NCBI GenBank assembly: GCA_002189035.1
Contig: NEEC01000016.1
Span: 62,001 to 126,000, forward strand
Source of the DNA: Utricularia gibba
Lineage: Eukaryota > Plantae > Magnoliophyta
Direction of reading: 5' to 3'
DNA: 64,000 bases
The notes beneath the pieces are model-generated. The model saw only the letters and a program-made list of their open reading frames with translations, did no database searches and was not told the DNA's origin. Below are positions 23,052 to 36,900 of the stretch, piece after piece. A program made the position numbers and the translations under genes. Numbering within the stretch: the stretch's first letter is position 1; the number at the start of each line of letters is the position of its first letter.

Positions 23052-26000
23052 GCCATTTTGTGACACCATTCAAGGCTTATATAGGGCCATCCGTCGAGCT
23101 TCGAACTTTCCTCGGATGGGCGAACTCCCAACACGAAAAACGATCGTCTCAGAATGAGCTTCGAAACGGTATGCTGTGTGTCGCGTGACTCTAAACGGTT
23201 TGGACGATGTGGCGTCAATGGCGAAGGCTGCGCGAGGCCACCCCTTGGTGTAGGAATTCCCAGGGCCCGAGCACACCCGGAGAAACGCATGAGAATGCCG
23301 CGAAATTCAAGATTTTGACATATATTAACGAATCACGCGTGTTTCGCAAGCCGAGATTAGTTTTCGCATAAAAACGAGCAAAGGAGTCGCAACGTCCCCA
23401 ATGGCTAGACCATTTTGACACCATTCAAGGCTAATATAGGCCATCCGTCGAGCTTCGAACTTTCTCGGATGGGCGAACTCCCAACACGAAAAACGATCGT
23501 CTCAGAATGAGCTTCGAAACGGTATGCTGTGTGTCGCGTGACTCTAAACGGTTTGGACGATGTGGCGTCAATGGCGAAGGCTGCGCGAGGCCACCCCTTA
23601 ATGTAGGAATCCCAGGGCCCGAGCACACTCGAGAAACGCATGAGAATGCCGCGAAATTCAAGATTTTGACATATATTAACGAATCACGCGTGTTTCGCAA
23701 GCCGAGAATAATTTTCGCATAAAAACGAGCAAACGAGTCCCAACGTCCCCAATGGCTAGGCCATTTTGTGACACCATTCAAGGCTTATATAGGGCCATCC
23801 GTCGAGCTTCGAACTTTCCTCGGATGGGCGAACTCCAACACGAAAAACGATCGTCTCAGAATGAGCTTCGAAACGGTATGCTGTGTCGCGTGACTCTAAA
23901 CGGTTTGGACGATGTGGCGTCAATGGCGAAGGCTGCGCGAGGCCACCCCTTAATGTAGGAATTCCCAGGGCCCGAGCACACGGAGAAACGCATGAGAATG
24001 CCGCGAAATTCAAGATTTTGACATATATTAACGAATCACGCGTGTTTCGCAAGCCGAGAATAATTTTTCGCATAAAAACGAGCAAAGAGTCGCAACGTCC
24101 CCAATGGCTAGGCCATTTTGTGACACCATTCAAGGCTTATATAGGGCCATCCGTCGAGCTTCGAACTTTCCTCGGATGGGCGAACCCAACACGAAAAACG
24201 ATCGTCTCAGAATGAGCTTCGAAACGGTATGCTGTGTGTCGCGTGACTCTAAACGGTTGGACGATGTGGCGTCAATGGCGAAGGCTGCGCGAGGCCACCC
24301 CTTGGTGTAGAATTCCCAGGGCCCGAGCACACTCGGAGAAACGCATGAGAATGCCGCGAAATTCAAGATTTTGACATATATTAACGAATCACGCGTGTTT
24401 CGCAAGCCGAGAAGTTTTCGCATAAAAACGAGCAAAGGAGTCGCAATGTCCCCAATGGCTAGACCATTTTGACACCATTGAAGGCTAATATAAGGCCATC
24501 CTTCGAGCTTCGAACTTTCCTCGGATGGGCAAGCTCCCAACACGAAAAACGACCGTCTCAGAATGAGCTTCGAAACGGTATGCTGTGTGTCGCGTGACTC
24601 TAAACGGTTTGGACGATGTGGCGTCAATGGCGAAGGCTGCGCGAGGCCACCCCTTAATGTAGGAATTCCCAGGGCCCGAGCACACTCGGAGAAACGCATG
24701 AGAATGCCGCGAAATTCAAGATTTTGACATATATTAACGAATCACGCGTGTTTCGCAATCCGAGAATAATTTTCGCATAAAAACGAGCAAAGGAGTCGCG
24801 ATGTCCCCAATGGCTAGATTTTGTGACACCATTCAAGGCTAATATAGGGCCATCCGTCGAGCTTCGAACTTTCCTCGGATGGGCGAACTCCCAACACGAA
24901 AAACGATCGTCTCAGAATGAGCTTCGAAACGGTATGCTGTGTGTCGCGTGACTCTAAACGGTTTGGAGATGTGGCGTCAATGGCGAAGGCTGCGCGAGGC
25001 CACCCCTTAATGTAGGAATTCCCAGGGCCCGAGCACACTCGGAGAAACGCATGAGAATGCCGCGAAATTCAAGATTTTGACATATATTAACGAATCACGC
25101 GTGTTTCGCAAGCCGAGAATTTTTTTCGCATAAAAACGAGCAAAGGAGTCGCAATGTCCCCAATGGCTAGACCATTTTGACACCATTCAAGGCTTATATA
25201 GGGCCATCCGTCGAGCTTCGAACTTTCCTCGGATGGGCGAACTCCCAACACGAAAAACGATCGTCTCAGAATGAGCTTCGAAACGGTATGCTGTGTGTCG
25301 CGTGACTCTAAACGGTTTGGACGATGTGGCGTCAATGGCGAAGGCTGCGCGAGGCCACCCCTTGTGTAGGAAGTCCCGGGGCCCGAGCACACCGTAGAAA
25401 CGCATGAGAATGCCGCGAAATTCAAGATTTTGACATATATTAACGAATCACGCGTGTTTCGCAAGCCGAGAACAATTTTCGCATAAAAACGAGCAAAGGA
25501 GTCGCAACGTCCCCAATGGCTAGGCCATTTTGTGACACCATTCAAGGCTTATATAGGGCCATCCTTCGAGCTTCGAACTTTCCTCGGATGGGCGATTCCA
25601 ACACGAAAAACGACGTCTCAGAATGAGCTTCGAAACGGTGCTGTGTGTCGCGTGACTCTAAACGGTTTGGAGTTGTGGCGTCAATGCGAAGGCTGCGCGA
25701 GGCCCCCCTTGGTGTAGGAATTCCCAGGGCCCGAGCACACTCGGAGAAACGCATGAGAATGCCGCGAAATTCAAGATTTTGACATATATTAACGAATCAC
25801 GCGTGTTTCGCAAGCCGAGAACAATTTTCGCATAAAAACGAGCAAACGAGTCCCGTCCCCAATGGCTAGGCCATTTTGTGACACCATTGAAGGCTTATAT
25901 AGGGCCATCCGTCGAGCTTCGAACTTTCCTCGGATGGGCAACTCCCAACACGAAAAACGACCGTCTCGGAATGAGCTTCGAAACGGTATGCTGTGTGTCG

Positions 26001-29000
26001 CGTGACTCTAAACGGTTTGGACGATGTGGCGTCAATGGCGAAGGCTGCGCGAGGCCACCCCTTAATGTAGGAATTCCCAGGGCCCGAGCACACTCGGAGA
26101 AACGCATGAGAATGCCGCGAAATTCAAGATTTTGACATATATTAACGAATCACGCGTGTTTCGCAAGCCGAGATTAATTTTCGCATAAAAACGAGCAAAG
26201 GAGTCGCAACGTCCCCAATGGCTAGACCATTTTGACACCATTGAAGGCTAATATAGGCCATCCTTCGAGCTTCGAACTTTCCTCGGATGGGCAAGCTCCA
26301 ACACGAAAAACGACCGTCTCGAATGAGCTTCGAAACGGTATGCTGTGTGTCGCGTGACTCTAAACGGTTTGGACGATGTGGCGTCAATGCGAAGGCTGCG
26401 CGAGGCCACCCCTTAATGTAGGAATTCCCAGGGCCCGAGCACACTCGGAGAAACGCATGAGAATGCCGCGAAATTCAAGATTTTGACATATATTAACGAA
26501 TCACGCGTGTTTCGCAATCCGAGATAATTTTCGCATAAAAACGAGCAAAGGAGTCGCGATGTCCCCAATGGCTAGACCATTTTGTGACACCATTGAAGGC
26601 TAATATAAGGCCATCCGTCGAGCTTCGAACTTTCCTCGGATGGGCGAACTCCCAACACGAAAAACGACGTCTCAGAATGAGCTTCGAAACGGTATGCTGT
26701 GTGTCGCGTGACTCTAAACGGTTTGGACGATGTGGCGTCAATGGCGAAGGCTGCGCGAGGCCACCCCTTAATGTAGGAATCCCAGGGCCCGAGCACACCC
26801 GTAGAAACGCATGAGAATGCCGCGAAATTCAAGATTTTGACATATATTAACGAATCACGCGTGTTTCGCAAGCCGAGAATAATTTTCGCATAAAACGAGC
26901 AAAGGAGTCGCAACGTCCCCAATGGCTAGACCATTTTGTGACACCATTGAAGGCTAATATAAGGCCATCCTCGAGCTTCGAACTTTCCTCGGATGGGCGA
27001 ACTCCCAACACGAAAAACGACCGTCTCGGAATGAGCTTCGAAACGGTATGCTGTGTGTCGCGTGACTCTAAACGGTTTGGACGATGTGGCGTCAATGGCG
27101 AAGGCTGCGCGAGCCACCCCTTGGTGTAGGAATCCCAGGGCCCGAGCACACTCGAGAAACGCATGAGAATGCCGCGAAATTCAAGATTTTGACATATATT
27201 AACGAATCACGCGTGTTTCGCAAGCCGAGAAAATTTTCGCATAAAAACGAGCAAAGGAGTCGCAACGTCCCCAATGGCTAGACCATTTTGTGACACCATT
27301 CAAGGCTTATATAGGGCCATCCGTCGAGCTTCGAACTTTCCTCGGATGGGCGAACTCCCAACACGAAAAACGATCGTCTCAGAATGAGCTTCGAAACGGT
27401 ATGCTGTGTGTCGCGTGACTCTAAACGGTTTGGACGATGTGGCGTCAATGGCGAAGGCTGCGCGAGGCCACCCCTTGGTGTAGGAATCCCAGGGCCCGAG
27501 CACACTCGGAGAAACGCATGAGAATGCCGCGAAATTCAAGATTTTGACATATATTAACGAATCACGCGTGTTTCGCAAGCCGAGAACAATTTTCGCATAA
27601 AAACGAGCAAAGGAGTCGCAACGTCCCCAATGGCTAGGCCATTTTGTGACACCATTCAAGGCTTATATAGGGCCATCCGTCGAGCTTCGAACTTTCCTCG
27701 GATGGGCGAACTCCCAACACGAAAAACGACGTCTCGAATGAGCTTCGAAACGGTATGCTGTGTGTCGCGTGACTCTAAACGGTTTGGACGATGTGGCGTC
27801 AATGGCGAAGGCTGCGCGAGGCCACCCCTTGGTGTAGGAATTCCCAGGGCCCGAGCACACGGAGAAACGCATGAGAATGCCGCGAAATTCAAGATTTTGA
27901 CATATATTAACGAATCACGCGTGTTTCGCAAGCCGAGAATAATTTCGCATAAAAACGAGCAAACGAGTCCCAACGTCCCCAATGGCTAGGCCATTTTGTG
28001 ACACCATTGAAGGCTTATATAGGGCCATCCGTCGAGCTTCGAACTTTCCTCGGATGGGCGAGCTCCCAACACGAAAAACGACCGTCTCAGAATGAGCTTC
28101 GAAACGGTATGCTGTGTGTCGCGTGACTCTAAACGGTTTGGACGATGTGGCGTCAATGGCGAAGGCTGCGCGAGGCCACCCCTTGGTGTAGGAATCCCGG
28201 GCCCGAGCACACTCGTAGAAACGCATGAGAATGCCGCGAAATTCAAGATTTTGACATATATTAACGAATCACGCGTGTTTCGCAAGCCGAGAACAATTTT
28301 CGCATAAAAACGAGCAAAGGAGTCGCAACGTCCCCAATGGCTAGGCCATTTTGTGACACCATTGAAGGCTTATATAGGGCCATCCGTCGAGCTTCGAACT
28401 TTCCTCGGATGGGAACTCCCAACACGAAAAACGACCGTCTCGAATGAGCTTCGAAACGGTATGCTGTGTGTCGCGTGACTCTAAACGGTTTGGACGATGT
28501 GGCGTCAATGGCGAAGGCTGCGCGAGGCCACCCCTTGGTGTAGGAATCCCAGGGCCCGAGCACACCCGTAGAAACGCATGAGAATGCCGCGAAATTCAAG
28601 ATTTTGACATATTTAACGAATCACGCGTGTTTCGCAAGCCGAGAACAATTTTCGCATAAAAACGAGCAAAGGAGTCGCAACGTCCCCAATGGCTAGACCA
28701 TTTTGTGACACCATTGAAGGCTAATATAGGCCATCCTTCGAGCTTCGAACTTTCCTCGGATGGGCGAACTCCAACACGAAAAACGACCGTCTCAGAATGA
28801 GCTTCGAAACGGTTGCTGTGTGTCGCGTGACTCTAAACGGTTTGGACGATGTGGCGTCAATTGCGAAGGCTGCGCGAGGCCACCCCTTAATGTAGGAATT
28901 CCCAGGGCCCGAGCACACCGGAGAAACGCATGAGAATGCCGCGAAATTCAAGATTTTGACATATATTAACGAATCACGCGTGTTTCGCAAGCCGAGAATA

Positions 29001-32000
29001 ATTTTCGCATAAAAACGAGCAAAGGAGTCGCAACGTCCCCAATGGCTAGACCATTTTGTGACACCATTCAAGGCTTATATAGGGCCATCCGTCGAGCTTC
29101 GAACTTTCCTCGGATGGGCGAGCTCCCAACACGAAAAACGACCGTCTCGGAATGAGCTTCGAAACGGTATGCTGTGTGTCGCGTGACTCTAAACGGTTTG
29201 GACGATGTGGCGTCAATGGCGAAGGCTGCGCGAGGCCACCCCTTGGTGTAGGAAGTCCCGGGCCCGAGCACACCCGTAGAAACGCATGAGAATGCCGCGA
29301 AATTCAAGATTTTGACATATATTAACGAATCACGCGTTTCGCAAGCCGAGAACAATTTTCGCATAAAAACGAGCAAAGGAGTCGCAACGTCCCCAATGGC
29401 TAGACCATTTTGTGACACCATTGAAGGCTAATATAAGGCCATCCTTCGAGCTTCGAACTTTCCTCGGATGGGCGAATCCAACACGAAAAACGACCGTCTC
29501 AGAATGAGCTTCGAAACGGTTGCTGTGTGTCGCGTGACTCTAAACGGTTTGGACGATGTGGCGTCAATGGCGAAGGCTGCGCGAGGCCACCCCTTAATGT
29601 AGGAATTCCCAGGGCCCGAGCACACTCGGAGAAACGCATGAGAATGCCGCGAAATTCAAGATTTTGACATATATTAACGAATCACGCGTGTTTCGCAAGC
29701 CGAGAATAATTTTCGCATAAAAACGAGCAAAGGAGTCGCAACGTCCCCAATGGCTAGACCATTTTGTGACACCATTGAAGGCTAATATAGGCCATCCTTC
29801 GAGCTTCGAACTTTCCTCGGATGGGCAACTCCCAACACGAAAAACGACCGTCTCGGAATGAGCTTCGAAACGGTATGCTGTGTGTCGCGTGACTCTAAAC
29901 GGTTTGGACGATGTGGCGTCAATGGCGAAGGCTGCGCGAGGCCACCCCTTGGTGTAGGAATCCCAGGCCCGAGCACACTAGAAACGCATGAGAATGCCGC
30001 GAAATTCAAGATTTTGACATATATTAACGAATCACGCGTGTTTCGCAAGCCGAGAACAATTTTCGCATAAAAACGAGCAAACGAGTCGCAACGTCCCCAA
30101 TGGCTAGGCCATTTTGTGACACCATTCAAGGCTTATATAGGGCCATCCGTCGAGCTTCGAACTTTCCTCGGATGGGCGAACTCCCAACACGAAAAACGAT
30201 CGTCTCAGAATGAGCTTCGAAACGGTATGCTGTGTGTCGCGTGACTCTAAACGGTTTGGACGATGTGGCGTCAATGGCGAAGGCTGCGCGAGGCCACCCC
30301 TTAATGTAGGAATTCCCAGGGCCCGAGCACACTCGGAGAAACGCATGAGAATGCCGCGAAATTCAAGATTTTGACATATATTAACGAATCACGCGTGTTT
30401 CGCAATCCGAGAATAATTTTCGCATAAAAACGAGCAAAGGAGTCGCATGTCCCCAATGGCTAGGCCATTTTGACACCATTGAAGGCTAATATAGGCCATC
30501 CTTCGAGCTTCGAACTTTCCTCGGATGGGCAACTCCAACACGAAAAACGACCGTCTCAGAATGAGCTTCGAAACGGTATGCTGTTGTGCGCGTGACTCTA
30601 AACGGTTTGGACGATGTGGCGTCAATGGCGAAGGCTGCGCGAGGCCACCCCTTAATGTAGGAATTCCCAGGGCCCGAGCACACTCGGAGAAACGCATGAG
30701 AATGCCGCGAAATTCAAGATTTTGACATATATTAACGAATCACGCGTGTTTCGCAATCCGAGAATAATTTTCGCATAAAAACGAGCAAAGGAGTCGCGAT
30801 GTCCCCAATGGCTAGACCATTTTGTGACACCATTCAAGGCTAATATAAGGCCATCCTTCGAGCTTCGAACTTTCCTCGGATGGGCAAGCTCCCAACACGA
30901 AAAACGATCGTCTCAGAATGAGCTTCGAAACGGTATGCTGTGTGTCGCGTGACTCTAAACGGTTTGGACGATGTGGCGTCAATGGCGAAGGCTGCGCGAG
31001 GCCACCCCCTGTAGGAATCCCAGGGCCCGAGCACACTAGAAACGCATGAGAATGCCGCGAAATTCAAGATTTTGACATATATTAACGAATCACGCGTGTT
31101 TCGCAAGCCGATTTTCGCATAAAAACGAGCAAAGGAGTCGCAACGTCCCCAATGGCTAGACCATTTTGTGACACCATTCAAGGCTAATATAGGCCATCCT
31201 TCGAGCTTCGAACTTTCCTCGGATGGGCGAACTCCAACACGAAAAACGATCGTCTCAGAATGAGCTTCGAAACGGTATGCTGTGTGTCGCGTGACTCTAA
31301 ACGGTTTGGACGATGTGGCGTCAATGGCGAAGGCTGCGCGAGGCCACCCCTTGGTGTAGGAATCCCGGGGCCCGAGCACACCCGTAGAAACGCATGAGAA
31401 TGCCGCGAAATTCAAGATTTTGACATATATTAACGAATCACGCGTGTTTCGCAAGCCGAGAAAATTTTCGCATAAAAACGAGCAAAGGAGTCGCATGTCC
31501 CCAATGGCTAGACCATTTTGACACCATTGAAGGCTAATATAGGCCATCCTTCGAGCTTCGAACTTTCCTCGGATGGGCAAGCTCCCAACACGAAAAACGA
31601 CCGTCTCGGAATGAGCTTCGAAACGGTATGCTGTGTGTCGCGTGACTCTAAACGGTTTGGACGATGTGGCGTCAATGGCGAAGGCTGCGCGAGGCCACCC
31701 CTTAATGTAGGAATTCCCAGGGCCCGAGCACACTCGGAGAAACGCATGAGAATGCCGCGAAATTCAAGATTTTGACATATATTAACGAATCACGCGTGTT
31801 TCGCAAGCCGAGAACAATTTTCGCATAAAAAACGAGCAAAGAGTCCAACGTCCCCAATGGCTAGGCCATTTTGTGACACCATTCAAGGCTTATATAGGCC
31901 ATCCTCGAGCTTCGAACTTTCCTCGGATGGGCGAACTCCAACACAAAAAAACGATCGTCTCAGAATGAGCTTCGAAACGGTATGCTGTGTGTCGCGTGAC

Positions 32001-33273
32001 TCTAAACGGTTTGGACGATGTGGCGTCAATGCGAAGGCTGCGCGAGGCCACCCCTTAATGTAGGAATTCCCAGGGCCCGAGCACACTCGGAGAAACGCAT
32101 GAGAATGCCGCGAAATTCAGATTTTGACATATATTAACGAATCACGCGTGTTTCGCAAGCCGAGATTAGTTTTCGCATAAAAACGAGCAAAGAGTCGCAA
32201 CGTCCCCAATGGCTAGGCCATTTTGTGACACCATTCAAGGCTTATATAGGGCCATCCGTCGAGCTTCGAACTTTCCTCGGATGGGCGATTTCCCAACACG
32301 AAAAACGATCGTCTCAGAATGAGCTTCGAAACGGTATGCTGTGTGTCGCGTGACTCTAAACGGTTTGGACGATGTGGCGTCAATGGCGAAGGCTGCGCGA
32401 GGCCACCCCTTGGTGTAGGAATTCCCAGGGCCCGAGCACACTAGAAACGCATGAGAATGCCGCGAAATTCAAGATTTTGACATATATTAACGAATCACGC
32501 GTGTTTCGCAAGCCGAGATTAGTTTTCGCATAAAAACGAGCAAAGGAGTCGCAATGTCCCCAATGGCTAGACCATTTTGAAACCATTGAAGGCTAATATA
32601 AGGCCATCCTCGAGCTTCGAACTTTCCTCGGATGGGCAACTCCCAACACGAAAAACGACCGTCTCAGAATGAGCTTCGAAACGGTATGCTGTGTGTCGCG
32701 TGACTCTAAACGGTTTGGACGATGTGGCGTCAATGGCGAAGGCTGCGCGAGGCCACCCCTTGTGTAGGAATTCCCAGGGCCCGAGCACACCGGAAAAACG
32801 CATGAGAATGCCGCGAAATTCAAGATTTTGACATATATTAACGAATCACGCGTGTTTCGCAAGCCGAGATAGTTTTCGCATAAAAACGAGCAAAGAGTCG
32901 CAACGTCCCAATGGCTAGGCCATTTGTGACACCATTCAAGGCTTATATAGGGCCATCCTTCGAGCTTCGAACTTTCCTCGGATGGGCGATTTCCCAACAC
33001 GAAAAACGATCGTCTCAGAATGAGCTTCGAAACGGTATGCTGTGTGTCGCGTGACTCTAAACGGTTGGACGATGTGGCGTCAATGGCGAAGGCTGCGCGA
33101 GGCCACCCCTTGGTGTAGGAATTCCCAGGGCCCGAGCACACTCGGAGAAACGCATGAGAATGCCGCGAAATTCAAGATTTTGACATATATTAACGAATCA
33201 CGCGTGTTTCGCAAGCCGAGATTAGTTTTCGCATAAAAACGAGCAAAGGAGTCGCAATGTCCCCAATGGCTAG

Positions 33274-33626
33274 ACCATTTCTGAAACCATTGAAGGCTAA
33301 TATAGGCCATCCTTCGAGCTTCGAACTTTCCTCGGATGGGCAAGCTCCCAACACGAAAAAAGACCGTCTCAGAATGAGCTTCGAAACGAAATGCTTTGTG
33401 CCACGTGACTCTAAACGGTTTGGAAGTTGTGGCGTCAATTGCGAAGGCTGCGCGAGGCCACCCTTAATGTAGGAATTCCCAGGCCCGAGCACACTCGGAG
33501 AAACGCATGAGAATGCCGCGAAATTCAAGATTTTGACATATATTAACGAATCACGCGTGTTTCGCAATCCGAGAATAATTTTCGCATAAAAACGAGCAAA
33601 GGAGTCGCGATGTCCCCAATGGCTAG
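33274..33626 (+). repeat. Diverged monomer variant (type B), clearest copy
   Basis: The core reads GAAACGAAATGCTTTGTGCCACGTGACTCTAAACGGTTTGGAAGTTGTGGCGTCAATTGCG (33383-33443). The 5' end reads ACCATTTCTGAAACCATTGAAGG. Confidence 0.88.
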
Positions 33627-33950
33627 ACCATTTTGGGACACTATTGAAGGCTAATATAAGGCCATCCGTCGAGCTTCGAACTTTCCTCGGATGGGCGAAC
33701 TCCCAACACGAAAACGACCGTCTCGGAATGAGCTTCGAAACGGTATGCTGTGTGTCGCGTGACTCTAAACGGTTTGGACGATGTGGCGTCAATGGCGAAG
33801 GCTGCGCGAGGCCCCCTTAATGTAGGAATTCCCAGGGCCCGAGCACACTCGGAGAAACGCATGAGAATGCCGCGAAATTCAAGATTTTGACATATATTAA
33901 CGAATCACGCGTGTTTCGCAAGCGAGAACAATTTTCGCATAAAAACGAGC

Positions 33951-33983
33951 AAAAACGAGCCCGGGGTTGGGTGGGCGGCCCAT
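33951..33983. other. Non-monomer G-rich insert preceded by a 10-bp direct duplication, replacing ~70 bp of the monomer junction
   Basis: AAAAACGAGC x2 (33941-33960), then CCGGGGTTGGGTGGGCGGCCCAT, then the monomer resumes at TCGAGCTTCG. Two units span 667 bp (33627-34294). Confidence 0.9.
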
Positions 33984-36900
33984 TCGAGCTTCGAACTTTC
34001 CTCGGATGGGCGAACTCCAACACGAAAAACGATCGTCTCAGAATGAGCTTCGAAACGGTATGCTGTGTGTCGCGTGACTCTAAACGGTTTGGACGATGTG
34101 GCGTCAATGGCGAAGGCTGCGCGAGGCCACCCCTTAATGTAGGAATTCCCAGGGCCCGAGCACACTCGGAGAAACGCATGAGAATGCCGCGAAATTCAAG
34201 ATTTTACATATATTAACGAATCACGCGTGTTTCGCAAGCCGAGATTAGTTTTCGCATAAAAACGAGCAAAGGAGTCAACGTCCCAATGGCTAGGCCATTT
34301 TGTGACACCATTCAAGGCTTATATAGGGCCATCCGTTCGAGCTTCGAACTTTCCTCGGATGGGCGTTCCCAACACGAAAAACGATCGTCTCAGAATGAGC
34401 TTCGAAACGGTATGCTGTGTGTCGCGTGACTCTAAACGGTTTGGACGATGTGGCGTCAATGGCGAAGGCTGCGCGAGGCCACCCCTTGGTGTAGGAATTC
34501 CCAGGGCCCGAGCACACTCGGAGAAACGCATGAGAATGCCGCGAAATTCAAGATTTTGACATATATTAACGAATCACGCGTGTTTCGCAATCCGAGAATA
34601 ATTTTCGCATAAAAACGAGCAAAGGAGTCGCAATGTCCCCAATGGCTAGACCATTTTGTGACACATTGAAGGCTATATAAGGCCATCCGTCGAGCTTCGA
34701 ACTTTCCTCGGATGGGCGAACTCCCAACACGAAAAACGACCGTCTCGGAATGAGCTTCGAAACGGTATGCTGTGTGTCGCGTGACTCTAAACGGTTTGGA
34801 CGATGTGGCGTCAATGGCGAAGGCTGCGCGAGGCCACCCCTTAATGTGGGAATTCCCAGGGCCCGAGCACACTGAGAGAAACGCATGAGAATGCCGCGAA
34901 ATTCAAGATTTTGACATATATTAACGAATCACGCGTGTTTCGCAAGCCGAGAATAATTTTCGCATAAAAACGAGCAAAGGAGTCGCGATGTCCCCAATGG
35001 CTAGACCATTTTGGGACACATTGAAGGCTTATATAGGGCCATCCGTCGAGCTTCGAACTTTCCGGATGGGCGATTTCCCAACACGAAAAACGATCGTCTC
35101 AGAATGAGCTTCGAAACGGTATGCTGTGTGTCGCGTGACTCTAAACGGTTTGGACGATGTGGCGTCAATGGCGAAGGCTGCGCGAGGCCACCCCTTGGTG
35201 TAGGAAGTCCCGGGCCCGAGCACACCCATAGAAACGCATGAGAATGCCGCGAAATTCAAGATTTTGACATATATTAACGAATCACGCGTTTTCGCAATCC
35301 GAGAATTTTCGCATAAAAACGAGCAAAGGAGTCGCAACGTCCCCAATGGCTAGGCCATTTTGTGACACCATTCAAGGCTTATATAGGGCCATCCGTCGAG
35401 CTTCGAACTTTCCTCGGATGGGCTTCCCAACACGAAAAACGATCGTCTCAGAATGAGCTTCGAAACGGTATGCTGTGTGTCGCGTGACTCTAAACGGTTT
35501 GGACGATGTGGCGTCAATGGCGAAGGCTGCGCGAGGCCACCCCTTAATGTAGGAATTCCAGGGCCCGAGCACACTCGGAGAAACGCATGAGAATGCCGCG
35601 AAATTCAAGATTTTGACATATATTAACGAATCACGCGTGTTTCGCAATCCGAGAATAATTTTCGCATAAAAAAACGAGCAAAGGAGTCGCATGTCCCCCA
35701 ATGGCTAGACCATTTTGTGACACCATTCAAGGCTAATATAAGGCCATCCTTCGACTTCGAACTTTCCTCGGATGGGCGAAGCTCCCAACACGAAAAACGA
35801 TCGTCTCAGAATGAGCTTCGAAACGGTATGCTGTGTCGCGTGACTCTAAACGGTTTGGACGATGTGGCGTCAATGGCGAAGGCTGCGCGAGGCCACCCCT
35901 TGGTGTAGGAAGTCCCAGGCCGAGCACACCCATAGAAACGCATGAGAATGCGCGAAATTCAGGATTTTACATATATTAACGAATCACGCGTGTTTCGCAA
36001 TCCGAGAAAATTTTCGCATAAAACGCCAAAGGAGTCGCAACGTCCCCAATGGCTAGGACCATTTTGTGACACCATTCAAGGCTAATATAAGGCCATCCTT
36101 CGAGCTTCGAACTTTCCTCGGATGGGCGAACTTCCAACACGAAAAACGATCGTCTCAGAATGAGCTTCGAAACGGTATGCTGTGTGTCGCGTGACTCTAA
36201 ACGGTTTGGACGATGTGGCGTCAATGGCGAAGGCTGCGCGAGGCCACCCCTTGGTGTAGGAAGTCCCGGGGCCCGAGCACCCGAGAAACGCATGAGAATG
36301 CCGCGAAATTCAAGATTTTGACATATATTAACGAATCACGCGTGTTTCGCAAGCCGAGAATAATTTTCGCATAAAAACGAGCAAAGGAGTCGCAATGTCC
36401 CCAATGGCTAGACCATTTTTTGACACCATTCAAGGCTAATATAAGGCCATCCTTCGAGCTTCGAACTTTCCTCGGATGGGCAAGCTCCCAACACGAAAAA
36501 CGACCGTCTCAGAATGAGCTTCGAAACGGTATGCTGTGTGTCGCGTGACTCTAAACGGTTTGGACGATGTGGCGTCAATGGCGAAGCTGCGCGAGGCCAC
36601 CCCTTAATGTAGGAATTCCCAGGGCCCGAGCACACTCGGAGAAACGCATGAGAATGCCGCGAAATTCAAGATTTTGACATATATTAACGAATCACGCGTG
36701 TTTCGCAAGCCGAGAATTATTTTCGCATAAAAACGAGCAAACGAGTCCCAACGTCCCCAATGGCTAGGCCATTTTGTGACACCATTCAAGGCTTAATATA
36801 GGCCATCCGTCGAGCTTCGAACTTTCCTCGGATGGGCTTCCCAACACGAAAAACGATCGTCTCAGAATGAGCTTCGAAACGGTATGCTGTGTGTCGCGTG

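Noticed and set aside
30840-31733. Longest ORF (297 aa) and all other ORFs in the track
   Set aside because: They are translations of the satellite monomer (recurring LRNTRDSLIYVKILNF and KPFRVTRHTAYRF words) in every frame. Length depends on chance indels and the stop-removing CTAATATA allele. There is no recognisable domain and no consistent frame.
33941-33960. Target-site duplication of a transposon at the G-rich insert
   Set aside because: The two 10-bp copies are adjacent rather than flanking the insert, and there are no terminal inverted repeats or element body.
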